DNA from: Pelomyxa schiedti
Taxonomy: Eukaryota; Protista; Evosea
Assembly: GCA_020536535.1 (NCBI GenBank)
Contig: JAHLWZ010000837.1
Coordinates: forward strand, 1 to 64,000
Length of the DNA stretch: 64,000 nucleotides
Reading direction: 5' to 3'
Within the stretch, counting starts at the first letter, position 1. The number at the start of each line of letters is the position of its first letter. Made by a program: the position numbers and the translations under genes. Of this stretch, positions 34,376-47,799 are shown one piece after another. The notes below the pieces were generated by a model. That model saw nothing but the letters and a program-made list of their open reading frames with translations, made no database searches and was not told the origin of the DNA.

Positions 34376-35831
34376 TCATAAGTAATACACAAGGGAGTCA
34401 TTTACCTCTTCTTGTTCAAGGAAGTCATCCAGCCTATCCTCCTCTAATAATGCGGACGGACGGTGCGATTTCGTGTAATAAAATGAAGATATTGTATTCA
34501 CGTCCAGGTTGAAGTGTTCAGCAGCCAGAGCCTTAAAGGATATCAAGGTTACAAAAAAACCACTAGGTACAATGGCCAAACCAGTAGCTGAGCACCTGTG
34601 GAATATTTACTCATCTTGACTTTCCATGTAGTATTGTGGTATGTTATCTTGACGATTTTTGGTCTAAGTTCTAGCATGAGAGAGCTAGAGAAGTATCCTA
34701 CTCTTCTGATCACTCTTCTGCAAATTGATGGGCCTCCGCCATGCCTGACGCATCTTAGTGGATCGGTGAAATGGTTCACGATAAATAAAAAGGTATCAAA
34801 CCAGATGTGTAGCATTTCCCAGGCTTGTGGTGTTACGATAACATAGTCGACACCATCCATTTTGGATGAAATAATATCGTTTTCCTCATCCAGTAGACGG
34901 TTGTTATCGATGAGTCCAACAGGGGCAGAATTAGCAGAGGCCTTTAACTGGCAATGTGCTAGCCAATTAGCGTACCACGTGCAAGAAATTAAATATCTGT
35001 CCGCATTCTGGACCATTGCAGGCACTTCTCTTTGTGCAAAGGAAAAAAGAGTATACTAGGAATATCTTCAGTTAAAAAAAGTAGCTAAACAGTTCACAGA
35101 CCTGTTCGGGAAACGAAGGATGGCAATCAAAAAATAAAATATCCTGAATCACAGCAGTGGGGAGAGATGACAAGAGGCTGCCACATCCAAGTCTGGCGTG
35201 AAGTGAACAAGTGAAACTCAGGTGACGCCTCCTCACCCTTAACATAGCCATTACAATCAATTCAATGCATACATTACTATTAGAATAAAAACACCACCAT
35301 GAGTACAAAAAAAAAAAAAAAAGGGTGGAAACGAAAGAAAAACCAACAACCAATAACCTAGACTCTAATTGATGATAAGTAAGAATATAGAGTACGGGCA
35401 ACACAAAACCATTGGAGCCAAGTAGGGTGCCCAAACCAGGGTGAATTTCCACTCACCTGAAGCACATCGAATGCATTTATCAGAGGAGTGGGCGGGGGCG
35501 ACGGGCTGCGCGACGACGACGTGAACGAGTCCGACGTGGACGCGTACGAGGACGAGGACAAAGAATCCGAGTCTTCCTCGTCCTCGTGCTCGCGGGGGGC
35601 GAAGGTGCTGGGCACGTGGGGCTGGTTGGGGCGCCGGAGGAGGGGCCGCGGGACGTGGAGGCGCCGCGGCGGCGGGTGGACGGAGGAGGAGTAGAGGGCG
35701 CTGGCTTCGTCGGGGTCCCCGGAGGAGGCCGTGAACAGCGCCGCTAGTTGCCCGTCCCCCAGAGCCCCAACGTCTTCCCCGCACAGTTCCCGTAGCCGCC
35801 GCACAAAGTCGTCAAACTCGGCGTCACCCAT
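34376..35831 (-). CDS. UBA-like + DUSP + ubiquitin-like protein with no peptidase domain
   Basis: DRYLISCTWYANWLAH...PVGLIDNNRLL...DYVIVTPQAWEMLHIW|HGGGPSICRRVI is a DUSP domain. A short UBL-like segment and the stop follow. The N-terminus is a small helical UBA/CUE-like unit. Confidence 0.7.
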
Positions 35832-35923
35832 TTCCCGAGGCAGCCGGCGCAAAAATCCAACAAAGAAAATTCAAAAACAACAACCGTAGGGAAACGAACC
35901 GGCACACAACCACCAACGACCGA

Positions 35924-37463
35924 ATGAGGGGGCATCACAACAACAACACAGGCGGTAGTTCGAAGCCAACCGGAGGCCTCGTAGTACTCGACGAGCCCGC
36001 GGTGCGCTCGGCCCTCGCTGCGCTCTCCAGCCCCGACGACCCCACCAACTGGCTGCTCTTCACCTACCAACACCAGCAGGCCCACGCCACGACGGCCCCT
36101 AGCTCCTCCTCGCCTTCTGCCTCTGCGGCGGCAGCAGCAGCAGCAGCAGACGCCCCGGACAGCCCCAGCACCCTGCGGGGGTGGGAGAAGGAGGTGGGCA
36201 CGGGGGGCGGGGGCGGCGGCACCGGTGGCCGCGCGGTGGCGATGGCGGGGCGCGGCAGCGGGGGCGTGGAGGAGCTCTGCGGGCGCCTGGCCGATGACAT
36301 GGTGGGGTTCGCCGTGATCCTGCTCAAGATCGGCCACGACGCCTATGTAAACGAGAAGATAGTTCTGGTCACTTGGGCTGGTACTGCTGTTCCTGGAGGT
36401 TGGTTCATTTCCTGAAGTTTTTTTTTTGTTTTGTTTTGTTTTGTTTTGATCAAGGCTGTGACTGTAGGGAGGGTTTGGTTCTTTGTTCTTAATGGATTTT
36501 GATTTAGGGCTTGTTAAGGCGAGACTGGGGTTTGACGCTCCGCAATTGGTCGAGTTCCTGAGCAAGTCCATCATTGTTGCTGGTGAGGCTTATGCTGAAA
36601 ACTATGAACAACTATCTTATAATGCCCTTGCTTTGAAAGTCTGCAGTGCTCGTACCGAGTCTGGCTCCAAAGCTGATAAAGTCAATCAAGTAAGTGAAAG
36701 TCAGTGCTGTACCTAGTTTAATATTTTTTCAGCCCCTAAGGCGATCTGCAACTGGTCGTGAGGGCTCTATTAAAAAATCTACTCTCGTCATTGCTGATTC
36801 TTGTATTGACTCAGTGAAATCTGTTTTCCTAAAACAGCAGAGATGGTGCGATTTTTACCACTTTACTACTCAAATTAGTGCTTAATCATAATTTGACTTT
36901 ATCAGTATCTCATGGGAGCATTGAATAATTGTAATGTACCTACTTGTAGGGTGTTGTTAGGGTACTCTAAAACAACCAAAGACCTTGTTGAACCTATTGC
37001 AAGTGGAAATGGTGGCATTGAAGAGATTATTGCTCAGTTTACTCCTGATCGAGTTGGCTATTGCATTTACTGTTTCAAGGTACTACTTCAACTTTCCTAC
37101 TGATTCAAATGGGCCTTGATATCTTGGTTCAGCTATGGCAGCATAGCACCAAGCTAAATTGAGAGCCGTTTGCATATCGCACTATCTTGTGCACATTTCT
37201 GATGTGTACCAGGTGAAGCAACCTGGAGTTGTAGAACTGGCTGATAAATTTGCATTCCTCACCCTAATTGGAGAAGAGGTACCTCCACTACAAAAGTCAA
37301 GGAGCACAGGACATAGACAAGGCAAGTTTCCAACAGGTTACAACAGTTCTGAACACATCTAGATTTGATTGAATGTGTTGAAAAGTTGATTCCTCTGCAT
37401 CTTATTTTCCAGCCTTCTATGGAACAAATGACCGACAAAATCCTGATAGCCCGTTGCTCTTGA
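35924..37463 (+). CDS. Tandem ADF-H (coactosin/drebrin-like) actin-binding protein
   Basis: PTNWLLFTY...GSGGVEELCGRLADDMVGFA...KIVLVTWAG, and a second copy VLLGYS...ASGNGGIEEIIAQFTPDRVGY...KFAFLTLIGEEVPPLQKSRSTGHR. Confidence 0.82.
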
Positions 37464-37683
37464 CAACCCGCCAGCGTCCCTATTTGATCTAAAAAGAATC
37501 GATTCTGTATTTTTTGTTTCCACCTACATCAGGCTAAGTTTCTTTTCTATCCGCCGAGACAAGTTGTCTCTGAGGAAGCTCACAAGAAAAGAGGAAAAAA
37601 AACCCAAACAAGCGAAACAGGAAAAAAGGCCTCCTTTTGGTGCCAAACACAACACGCACGCTTGTGTCGCAACAACGTCGGAA

Positions 37684-40600
37684 ATGGATGCGGTGACGGG
37701 CAACAGTGATCATGCACATCAGAACACTGATCTCTCCAGTCCCCAGTCTCACTCTCAGTCCGCCGCTCCTCCCGCCGAGACGACGACCCCGCGCCTTGTG
37801 TCCCATAATCACCAGATGGCCGACCCCCCCTCGCCCCAGCCCCAGTCCTGCCGAAACCCACAATTCCCTCTGCGTGCCGACGCCCCCTGCACGACGTCCA
37901 CCTCTACCTCGGGCTCGGCGCCTCGGTTCGGGGGGGGTTGTTGCGCCGACGCGGACGCCGACGTCGCGCCGCCGCCGCCGCCGCCGCCGCGCGGGATCTC
38001 GTCCACGGGAGGCGACGCCGACGTAGCCGTGTGCGACGCCGACGCTGGCGATGGGGCCGCCATGCCGAAGCAGCATACCCACCACCAAGTTGGCGACCAG
38101 GCGACGGCGGCGGCGTCGGCTTTTGGCGGGCTGGCGACGGGGCTTGGCGGCGTCTGTTGGAGCCAACAACAACCGCCGCCGTGCGACGCCGAAATGTCCA
38201 CCAGCGGCATCGGCATCGGCAACGGCATCGGCAGAATCTACAACAGCAGCAACGCCGAAGAAGGCAGCACGCAGTCGGCCGAGGACCCGGCGGCGACGTC
38301 CGCGACGGCGACCGCTACAGCCACGAGCAACAACGTCGCCAGGGGAGGAGGAGGACCAGGGAAGATTGGAGGTGGTTCTAGGAACAACGGCAACAGGTCG
38401 GCAGCAGGGACGAATTCTGCTGGGGCGGGGGGGAGGGGCAAGTCGGCCGCGGTGAGTGGAGGGGAGAGGGACAAGGGGGAAAAGTACAGCAGAGGCAAGG
38501 AAAGGGACAAGGAAAGGGACAAGGACAGGGAAAGGGACAGGGACAGGGACAGGGACGGCAAGGAATCGGACAAGGAGAAGGAGTGGTTACAGCAGTCGGC
38601 GGACGGTGGTGGCGCCCACTCACGCAGTCACACACACCCCCACACAGTGGTGGGAAGTGAGTCAAGCAAAGGAAAGAAGGACGGCCCAACCCGGGTCGCT
38701 GATGACTCTGGAACTGCTGGAAAGAGATCCTTTGTGAGGGTAAGAGACTGGAGCCCGCAGGAGAAGGCTTCTCGGAGAGACTGCGATAATATCTCATCTG
38801 GAAGTATGGGCTCTAGGAGTATGAAGGAATACCCTCGAGCTATGATGGGTGCTGCCCCCTATGAAAAGGGCGAAATGGTTGGGATGGGCATGTATGTTGG
38901 AAGGTACGGTGTTGGGAAGGCATGGGCTGCAGCTGCACTCCGAAGACAGCAATTCCAGTTGGAACAATTTCGGCTATTGCAAATGCAACAACACCACATG
39001 CACATGCCGCATTTGCCACACCACCACAAGAGGAGCCGGAGTAGGGACAGGGACCACGACAGAGACTCGGCAATCTCACATAGGGAGGTCAGCTCGAGTG
39101 TGGCCAACGGAATGAGATCAAAAGACAAAGACAAGTCCGCATCATCAAGAAGCTTGCATGAACATGAGAGAGGCACCACTCAACGATCCACAGGTGGAAG
39201 AGTGGGCAGTGAAAAGAATCACAAAGAAAGTATAGGGGGTGAGAAAAACGGAGGGAATGTGTGTACTTTAAGAGGAGAACGGTTAGATGGTTCACGGGAA
39301 AGGGAGAATAGAGAAAACTCAGCTGACGCAATGATGGAGAGCAAGCACACAAATAAAGATAAAGACTCCTACCCAGACGCAAACGTCAAAATGAGTGGCA
39401 GGTATTCGTTCTATATCAAGGTCAATAAATAGAGTACGACAGGGAGTGGGTGGAGTTGAGGCAAAAATACTGAACTTTTTTATTCAAGTGGCCATATGGG
39501 GAATACAACCTCCCCCCAATTACGTGTTCTACCATACCCTGCTCCACCATCTCCAAAACCAGTAACTGGTACACAAATCTGGGTTTCCCATAATAAATAA
39601 AAAGTAACTCTTAGTAGATAAAAGCTCATCCTCACAATTGAAGCAAGTAAATCCCAACCAGCAATTAATGAGTGACGTGCCTACTCAAGCCATAAGTAAT
39701 TTTGCCACTCAAAGCAGGTATGTGAAAATCAAATATCTGCCATATTAATCCCTTATCTCCAGTGCGGCCTTAAGTTCATTTTCAGTCCTATCAAAGCAAT
39801 ACTTGGCAGATGAAAGTGTGGATGACCCTATTGGTTACATATCTATACTAATAGACCAAATTAACCCACAACAGGTTTCCCTAGTAACGCACAGCAAAGG
39901 TCTTTAGGGGGTTGCCCTACCAAGCTTGAGTGCCAATTTGGAGATAACAGCACATCAGTACAGGACATAAATTCACAGATACATCTGAGTCAGAGTGGAA
40001 TCCAAGACTCATCTGGGGATGGGGAATTACCAAGCGAGATTAGGAGAAGAAGTACCAGCAGGGATGAAAAAATCGCCAAGAGTGATGAAAATCCAGCAAG
40101 AAAGGCAACTGCACAGGACAAGATCTTCAATTTTGAGAGTGCACAAAAAGAGGACGAACCAAAGTTTGCTCCTAGTGCTCCAACAATCAGAGATACTCAA
40201 GTAAAGCACACCCATAATCGTGTGCAGAGCAGAAGTACAAGCAGAACAAAGAAGAAACCAAGAAGCCGAACTTCAAGCCCGACCACAGACTTGAGGAAAT
40301 TGGCAAAGACCCCAGTCAAAGGGGCTTCAGGACACACCTACAGAGGGAGGAGCAGAAGTAAAAGTAGTGGGAGAAGTGTTAGTAAAAGCGGGAGTAGAAG
40401 CCGGAGTAGGGGAAGAAAGGAAACAAGCCGAAGTAAGTACTGGGATAGAGGTGAAAAAAAATCCCGATACAGCAGAAGTAATAGTAGAGGCAGTAATCAG
40501 CACCTTCCATCAAAGAAATCCCTTGCATCAAGATGGAGTGGTAGTAGGGAGAGAAGTTTAAGCAGAAGTAAGAGCAAGGGGAGACGGCTAAGTGGCAGAA

Positions 40601-43600
40601 AGAGCTTGAGTGCCAGTAGGAGTCGAAGTAGAAGCCCCAGTCAAATACGAAGCAGGAGTAGAAATAGAGGCAGTACAGAAAGTAATAGAGGCAGACGAAA
40701 GAGATCCAAGAGTGGAAGTAGAGAAACACCTCCCAGAACTCACAGTAGAGGTAGAAGTAAAAACCGGAGTCTTATAGGCCACTCAACCCGAGGTTATGGT
40801 AAAGGAACATCAGTGAAAGGGAAAGGAGACAATCTAAGAAGCAACATTAAAAGTTTCAATGTGGATCCTGGAAAGAGTACCGAAAGGAAGGGCAAGCAAA
40901 ATGATTCAGGTATTACAGGTGCAGAGCACAGTGTTCTTGATCCCTGTGCAGTCAGTTTGATGAGAAGTTACCAGAATCTCGAGGGCGCACAATCAACACT
41001 ATTATCAGAGGAGGACACCAGCATGCAAGAGCAAACAGACAGCATAACAGGTTTTTCTTTCCATTTTCTGTGTAGCCTTAATTTTTTTGGTAGGGAGGCT
41101 GTCTGCCCTTGTGGGGATGTCTAACGGCGTTTCTTTACTTGGCACTGGCTGTGGTGTTAATGTTGGACGTGGAATTATACCTGCCGTCCTCAGCCCTGGA
41201 ATGATCCTCGGAGGCGTTTTGAATCCAGGCACGGTGGGAACCGTTTTCAGTGGGAACTCTGTTATTGGAAATGGTGTTCTGGGAGGCAATGTAATTGGAG
41301 CTTCGCCTATTGGTGTTTTGGGTGCTACTGGAGTAGGATATAGTCCAGTACCACAACTTATAGACATCTCCAGTGTTTCACCTGAGGTTTTACTTCAACA
41401 TGAACAGTCTCCAGTGACACCATCTTGTTCAAATGAAGAAAAAGACTCAGGATACCTTGTATCAAGTATCTTCTTCTATACTTGTGTCTACTTCTAACTC
41501 TGGCTTAGGTGAACAGCCTTTCTTGTTGCCGGGTTACAACTTGGAACCAAACTCGGGTGCAATTACCTGTCCCTCTGAAGAAATGGGTACTAACCCAGAG
41601 GATATAACGTAATTTCCATACTCAAACTGCCCTCTGTGATATCATTTTAGGGATATCCCGTGCTCTCCTATGTCGCCATCAATAAATACAGTCCTTAGTT
41701 CCCCTCTTCTCGAAACAGCCAATCACGCACCTGCACCCGCAGACCTGACCCCTCCATCACCAAATGCACAGCTACCCATAGTCGAAGGAACCTGCTCTAC
41801 AACACCTGAGCGTACCGCCATTTCAGAATCAATCACCCTCGAGAAACTAGAGACACTTCTTCAAGGTTCATCAGACCAAATAGGTTCCTCAACTGAGATG
41901 TTTATTGTTAGCCTAAATCTGAATACAGCAAGTGCAATGACAAAAGATGAAATCCTTCAAGCTTTGGATATACTTGATACCGAAATAACATCTGTTGAGG
42001 CCCAACTGCAGGTACTTGGAAAAAAATCCACAGCAGAGGCTCTCAATCTGAGAAGCGACCCGTTATCCGCCATCTCTGCCGTTAAAGAGCCATGTGCACA
42101 CAAAGACCACAAGGAGAAATGTACATTGAGTAGGGAGAATACAACAATTACCACATCAAGACAGAGTTGTGATTCTAAATGGAAAGAGTTTGATGATACA
42201 AATATATCCTCAGCATACCTCACAAATCTTGTGAGCAATTTGATTTCCAGAAATCGTCTGAAAATTCAAGACCAAAAAGTGTGTTTCTGTGGTAAAAAGC
42301 CACCATTAATATGAAATAGGACAAACTCTTTTATACAAGCACTTCTTCCTCCTTGAGATCTTTTGATGTGCCAGAGGGACCTTCATTTCTTACAGTAAAG
42401 GACTTCTTAAGAACGGTCCACTGCAAGCAAGATGCCAGCAAGCTAAAACTAACTGCTAAATATAACTCATTGCAAGAAAAATGGCTATTTGAAGTTTGTG
42501 CACTTCAAGATATCAAATTTTAACTCCAAATTTCAGGTCAATAAAAGACTTGAACTCCTACGGCAGTCACCAAGCTTAAGGAGCCACGGCTGCTTGAATG
42601 TCTCTTCCAATATTTCAGCTACAGCTGGACAAGTGCCCTCTGTTGCTCCAAATACAGCATCTGTGCAGTCACAGGTGTTACCTGCACTCCCTCCTACTAC
42701 AGTTGCTTCTGGTGGCCCTCGTGACCCTCAACAAGTAGAACAAGACGCAATTGCCCGTTTCCAGCGATTGCAGGCACCTATACCGGAACTCTTATCATTA
42801 TCCTTCTGGCCTCTTCGATGCCCAGCATTTGTTGACAACAATAGGTAAAGATAAAGTCTTTGCTCGGCTCACCTCTACAAAGGCTTATGGAAAATCCCTT
42901 GGATGAAGAAAAGGAGAGAAAAAGTAAGGATAACTGGACAGATGAAGAGAAGTCCCGCTTTGTTACTAAGTACGCCTATTCATCCTTCACAAGAAATATC
43001 ATGTCAACACACCATTCAGATTCATTCAGCACCCCAAAGGGTTTCCAGAGATTGCAAAAGCACTGCACCGAACAACTGGCGAGGTTGTGGCGTTCTACTA
43101 TTTGCATCGCCAGGAGCTTAAGTTGCAAACTATTGTTCGCAAGTCAAACACCAAGAAGCGTTCACGTAACAAGGTTGGGTTGTCCTCTTTTTTACTTCAA
43201 TTTAAGCTGTCACAGGAGACTCAAGACAGTTATGTTCCTCAAGCAAATGTGAGAGACAATTCTGCTGCAATATACACTACCATGGCTGAAGGTACACTGG
43301 TTCTTTTCCTCCCGATTTTTGAGACATTATCTTAGTTGACACGGAATGGACACAGCATGAGCAAAAACAATTTATTGATGGGCTTCGTCAGTATGGGAAA
43401 GATTGGTCTTCGATCTCTTGCCTTCTCTCATGCACCAAGTCAAGCCGACATTGCCAAGCCTATTACACTGCAAACAGAAGAAAACTATCCCTAGATTCAT
43501 ATCTTCCACGTGATCCAAAAAAAGTACCCTTTTGGGAAATGAATCTCACTGAACTTTGTTAGGTGCCACCTCGCCGTGATCGTACAGGTACACCTGACTG

Positions 43601-45996
43601 GACAGCAGAGGAAGTTACACAGTTCCTTGAGCGGTTTCCTACCATTGGTACCGACTGGAGGGCAATGGCACAATGCTTCACGTCACGCACTCCCTCTCAG
43701 CTAAAAACATTCTACCTGGTATGAATAAATCCAAAATGAATGCCTTTTCCCATTATACTATATTAGGAAAACAAGGAGAAGTTGGGTCTTCAAGAACCAG
43801 ATTCCTCACCTCGTACTGTCCACTTTCTTCACACCTTTCTAATGCCCAATAGAAGCACGAAAGCGCCCTCCTCGAGCACATAGTAATTGCAGCACCAATG
43901 CAGATAATAATGAACAAGATGACCACCCGCCAGCACAGAAGGCCAACAGACGCTGCAAAAGGAGAAAGAAGCAAACAACACCACAATCAACACAAACCCG
44001 GGCCAATTCACCACTCCCACCAGGCGTGATGTCTCCTGCTTCTGATGACGAGGACACACCCAATCAACAGGCAGCTTCATCCCAAAAGCCTTTCTCTGCA
44101 GACGTATCTATAGTGCAAGATGTTTTAGATGAAATCAAAGGCGAATTTGAGTCTGAGAAAGAACCTGGCCCAGCTGCAACCAATTTTGATCAGCCTTCAC
44201 CCCAACCCCCATCTCCAGATAAACCAGTGGGTACTTCTGCTGTACCTCCCTCTACAACCACTGCAGCACCAGCCGTGCCACAGTCCCCTCCAACACCATC
44301 TTCTACACCCTCTCTTCCCGGCACACCCACACAACCTGATCCGCCTGCAGCGTCACCCTCTTCTGAGCTACCCCCTTTAGATCGGCATTCACACTCACCA
44401 ACGTCACAGCCAACAGAATCATCGAAATCCCCATTGAAAGCTCCATCGAAATCCCAGCACCAAAAGTCAAAGGCTCCCAAGCAGTATTGTAAGAGCCAAA
44501 ATGAAGAGCCATCGCAGAATCACCCATCACCTACAACAGTTTTCCAACAACCATCTCATAAAAAACTCAAATTCAACCCTCCCAAAATTGACAGACAAGA
44601 ACCTGAGAATGCTGTTTCAGCTCCCAGTTCGGAAAAACTCTCAGGCTCAGGCTGTGGTAGTCCTGCTCAGGACTCCATATTTAACGAGACTGGGGACAAT
44701 CAATATCCAAATTCACCATCTCCACCTCTCTTATCACCTGCAAACTCACCAGTCCACACACCCCCGTGCCCTATTTTATTCTCTCCACCATCACCTGTGC
44801 CCCTTCCCACACAAATACCACCCTCAAATGTGCCCCTCCCACCACTTTCCGGCGTTGCCGAACACATCTTAAATGTAATTCAGCCACTTCCAGGGATAGC
44901 TTCTGTGTATGAGGCAGTGAATGACTACACCAATAGCCATAATACCGCAGAATACAGCGACATCATTACGTGCAGCAGTCCTCCGCCTTCACATAGGTCA
45001 GCCTTTCGCCATTTCAGCCAACAGCAGCCGCTTCAACCTCAATACCAACCCTATTCACAAGCACTTCCTGCACATCACCATTATCAACACAAGCACAAAC
45101 AAAAAAAGCAAAAGAAGCAGAAGATAAAGAAGCGACCAAAGAGGCAGATGATACCAGTTCTTCAGGACTTCTCACAGATTGAACAAAGTCTCTACCAGCC
45201 TCTCACATCATCAATGTTCCCCATATCTCCACAAGAACCGCTTGCACCCACATCCACTCTCCTTCAGGCAACCTCCAATACCCAAACACTAGGTATTCCA
45301 ACACAAGGACTTTCAGTGTGCACCACAGTTCCCACCACCCCCACACCACCCCCTACAGTAGCAACAACTTCCCCCTCTACTCCACCTCTAACACCACATC
45401 CTGCACTCCTTCACACTTTACCCTCCCCAACACAAAATCAACCCACCTACACACACCTACCATCGCCACTCATGCCGGCGCCCCCTCCGCGGCACTCTCC
45501 CCATCACCTACCTCACTGCACACCCATGGTGGCAGTGCCATACCCCATTCTTATTGTAAAATCTGCCAATACAGTCAAGCCCTTCTACCCCCCACTACAA
45601 ACATGCGCACCCCCTGCCCCTCCCCCGACCCCCAGTCCCTCTCCAGTATTCACACACTTAGGGGCAGCTCCCCCGAGGTCCCCTTCCCCCCTTGTGAAGC
45701 TGTACATGCACAATCCCCCTCCGCCTCCACCCATACAACAACCACAACCACAACCACAGCCACAGCAACAACAGCAGCAACAAAAACCACCACCCACATC
45801 ACTATCTGATTCACGCCCACATCCCCAGCTTGACACATCATGTGGGGAGTTGGAGGCACTACTACAAACAGCACCGGTCACACCAGCAAGCACCACAATA
45901 CAGATACCGGCCACTCCGGACATCACCACGGTCACACTCCCGTTCCAACCGAGTGCACCGCCACTCCAACAGGACATCACCAACCCACACCACTAA
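37684..45996 (+). CDS. N-CoR/SMRT/Snt1-like corepressor with SANT domains, RS-rich region and Pro-rich tail
   Basis: Coiled segment MTKDEILQALDILDTEITSVEAQL. SANT1 WTDEEKSRF...HPKGFPEIAKAL...EVVAFYYL, SANT2 WTQHEQKQFIDGLRQYGKDWSSIS, SANT3 WTAEEVTQFLERFPTIGTDWRAMA. The exons checked join in frame. Confidence 0.78.
38495..38560 (+). repeat. (AGGGAC/AAGGAA)n hexamer repeat encoding an RD/KE tract
   Basis: aaagggacaaggaaagggacaaggacagggaaagggacagggacagggacagggac. Confidence 0.75.
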
Positions 45997-46205
45997 TCAC
46001 ACTATTATCGATCAAATAAAAGAGCACCGGTGTATGATACCAATTCTCTTTGTCAATAACAACAACCCCACCCATGCACATTTCGGGTCAATTCAACTGC
46101 CCTTGTGTGGAAGGGTGCCTGGTTGGTTCCTTTTTCTCACAATTTTCCCGCATAAAAATACCAAGGCGTCTTAGAAGAAAAAGGATTAGCATAAGTAAAA
46201 AAAAA

Positions 46206-46713
46206 ATGTCAGATACCTGTGTCGCTTGTGGGGGTTGCTCCAAAGTTTGTGGGAATTGTGGTGGCCGCTTGGAACAGAAGTCCGAAAACTGGGGCGAGAA
46301 TGCTGATGGAACGTAATAACCCCTTTTCACTTGCCCTAAAGGCTCCCGCCATTGCACATAATACTGCATAAGTTACATAATTCGAAAAAAAAATCAACAA
46401 AAAACCAAGGTGGTATGGGGATGAATACACTTTGATGTGGTGCCCAAAGTGCTGTGACAGCCCACCCTACGACGTGAAGTTCGAAAACGACCCTGGAAAA
46501 CTGTGCGACACTGTTGTCAAGTCCAAGGTTATTCTCAAGCCCATAAAGTGTCAACTAAATGGAAAACACATTTAACTTTTTCCCCATCAGGTGGCTCTTT
46601 ATAACAGGTGTGACTTGTGGAGAGGCACTACCACACTTGATAATATAGACACAACAGTTCCATGTCAGTGCGTCAAACAGGCGCCTGCTCGCACTGCCGC
46701 TCGCGCCCCTGCC

Positions 46714-46745
<32 letters not shown>

Positions 46746-47574
46746 CACTGTTCGCCGTGAGCCCCAATGCCCATTTTGTGGAAAGGAGAGCCTCACCGCT
46801 GCGTCGCCTTCACTGGGGCCCGCGTGCCTAGCCAAGTTGAATGCACCAGTGACACACTCCACGCCAAGTCCCCCAACGATTCAGGAGATGCGGGATTCTG
46901 GGAGATGGCCCTGGTTCCCGATGTACTTGCCCCCCGATAGGGAGAAATTCGTAACAATCCCTTCGTGGAGACTGAAAAATGGTTTGTGCCACTTAACTTC
47001 CACTCACACAAAGATAACGGATTCCCAAAAGATGATGCGATGTTGATTCAGAGCCAGCTGGGTAAGTATGACTCCAGGATCATATTTGGCACCCAAACTG
47101 ATGAAGTCTTTGGTCTGGCGTTCAGTGCCACCGGAGAGGTGTGTACAAAAGAACTAACAGTACTGCAACCCTAATTTGTTACATGGCTTTCAACAAAAGC
47201 TCACACTCCACGGTGTCACTACCACGGTACATAACCCTGAAAACTGCTCTGGTATCATGCAAGAAAACAACCTGATAGTTTTTCATGTATCTTCCATCAA
47301 CCGGAAACAACTACTGTTGGTTCTTGTAACACTCACCCAGGTACATGATGATGTGCTCAGCTTGTGGTTGAATGGCAAATTAGCCTTCCAGTTCTCTACA
47401 AGTTCTTTGGACCTCGGCCAGGTTTTTTTTACGCAACTGTGTTCATTTGAATTCATCAACAAACCACAGGTACAGTGCCTTCGTTTTGATGGGCGCATTG
47501 TCATTTCCAAAGTGATGTATTCAAAGTTCACACCATCAGAAACTACAGACATTCTTATGGGCAGCCTTTTTTAA
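46206..47574 (+). CDS. Hypothetical protein: CxxC zinc-ribbon motifs, (PA)n linker, C-terminal beta-sandwich
   Basis: Exons join via GT-AG introns into one reading frame: CVACGGC..CGNC, CPKC, CPFCGKESLT...GPAC and LWLNGKLAFQF...LRFDGRIVISKV. Confidence 0.6.
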
Positions 47575-47799
47575 TGATAAACGAAAATTTTTTTTATTAT
47601 CCCTCAGGCTTCCACTGAATACAGTACGTTCAGACATTAATAACCGTGTGGTTGTTATGTTCCTGTTGAGTTTTGGAACTGATCCAGAAACCTGCCTGAC
47701 ATAATGGTAAGGAGAGACTGGAGATTGCGGAAAAATAGCACCGACCTTCATTGAATTGATTGTGCGGCAAAAGGAAAAAAGAAAAAGCAAGAATTAGCG

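Noticed and set aside
47058-47070. Minus-strand ATACTTACCCAG resembling the U1 snRNA 5' end
   Set aside because: No U1 loop I (GATCA) or loop II (TGCAC), no Sm site and no upstream TCCCATAA. It lies in a coding exon of the opposite strand.
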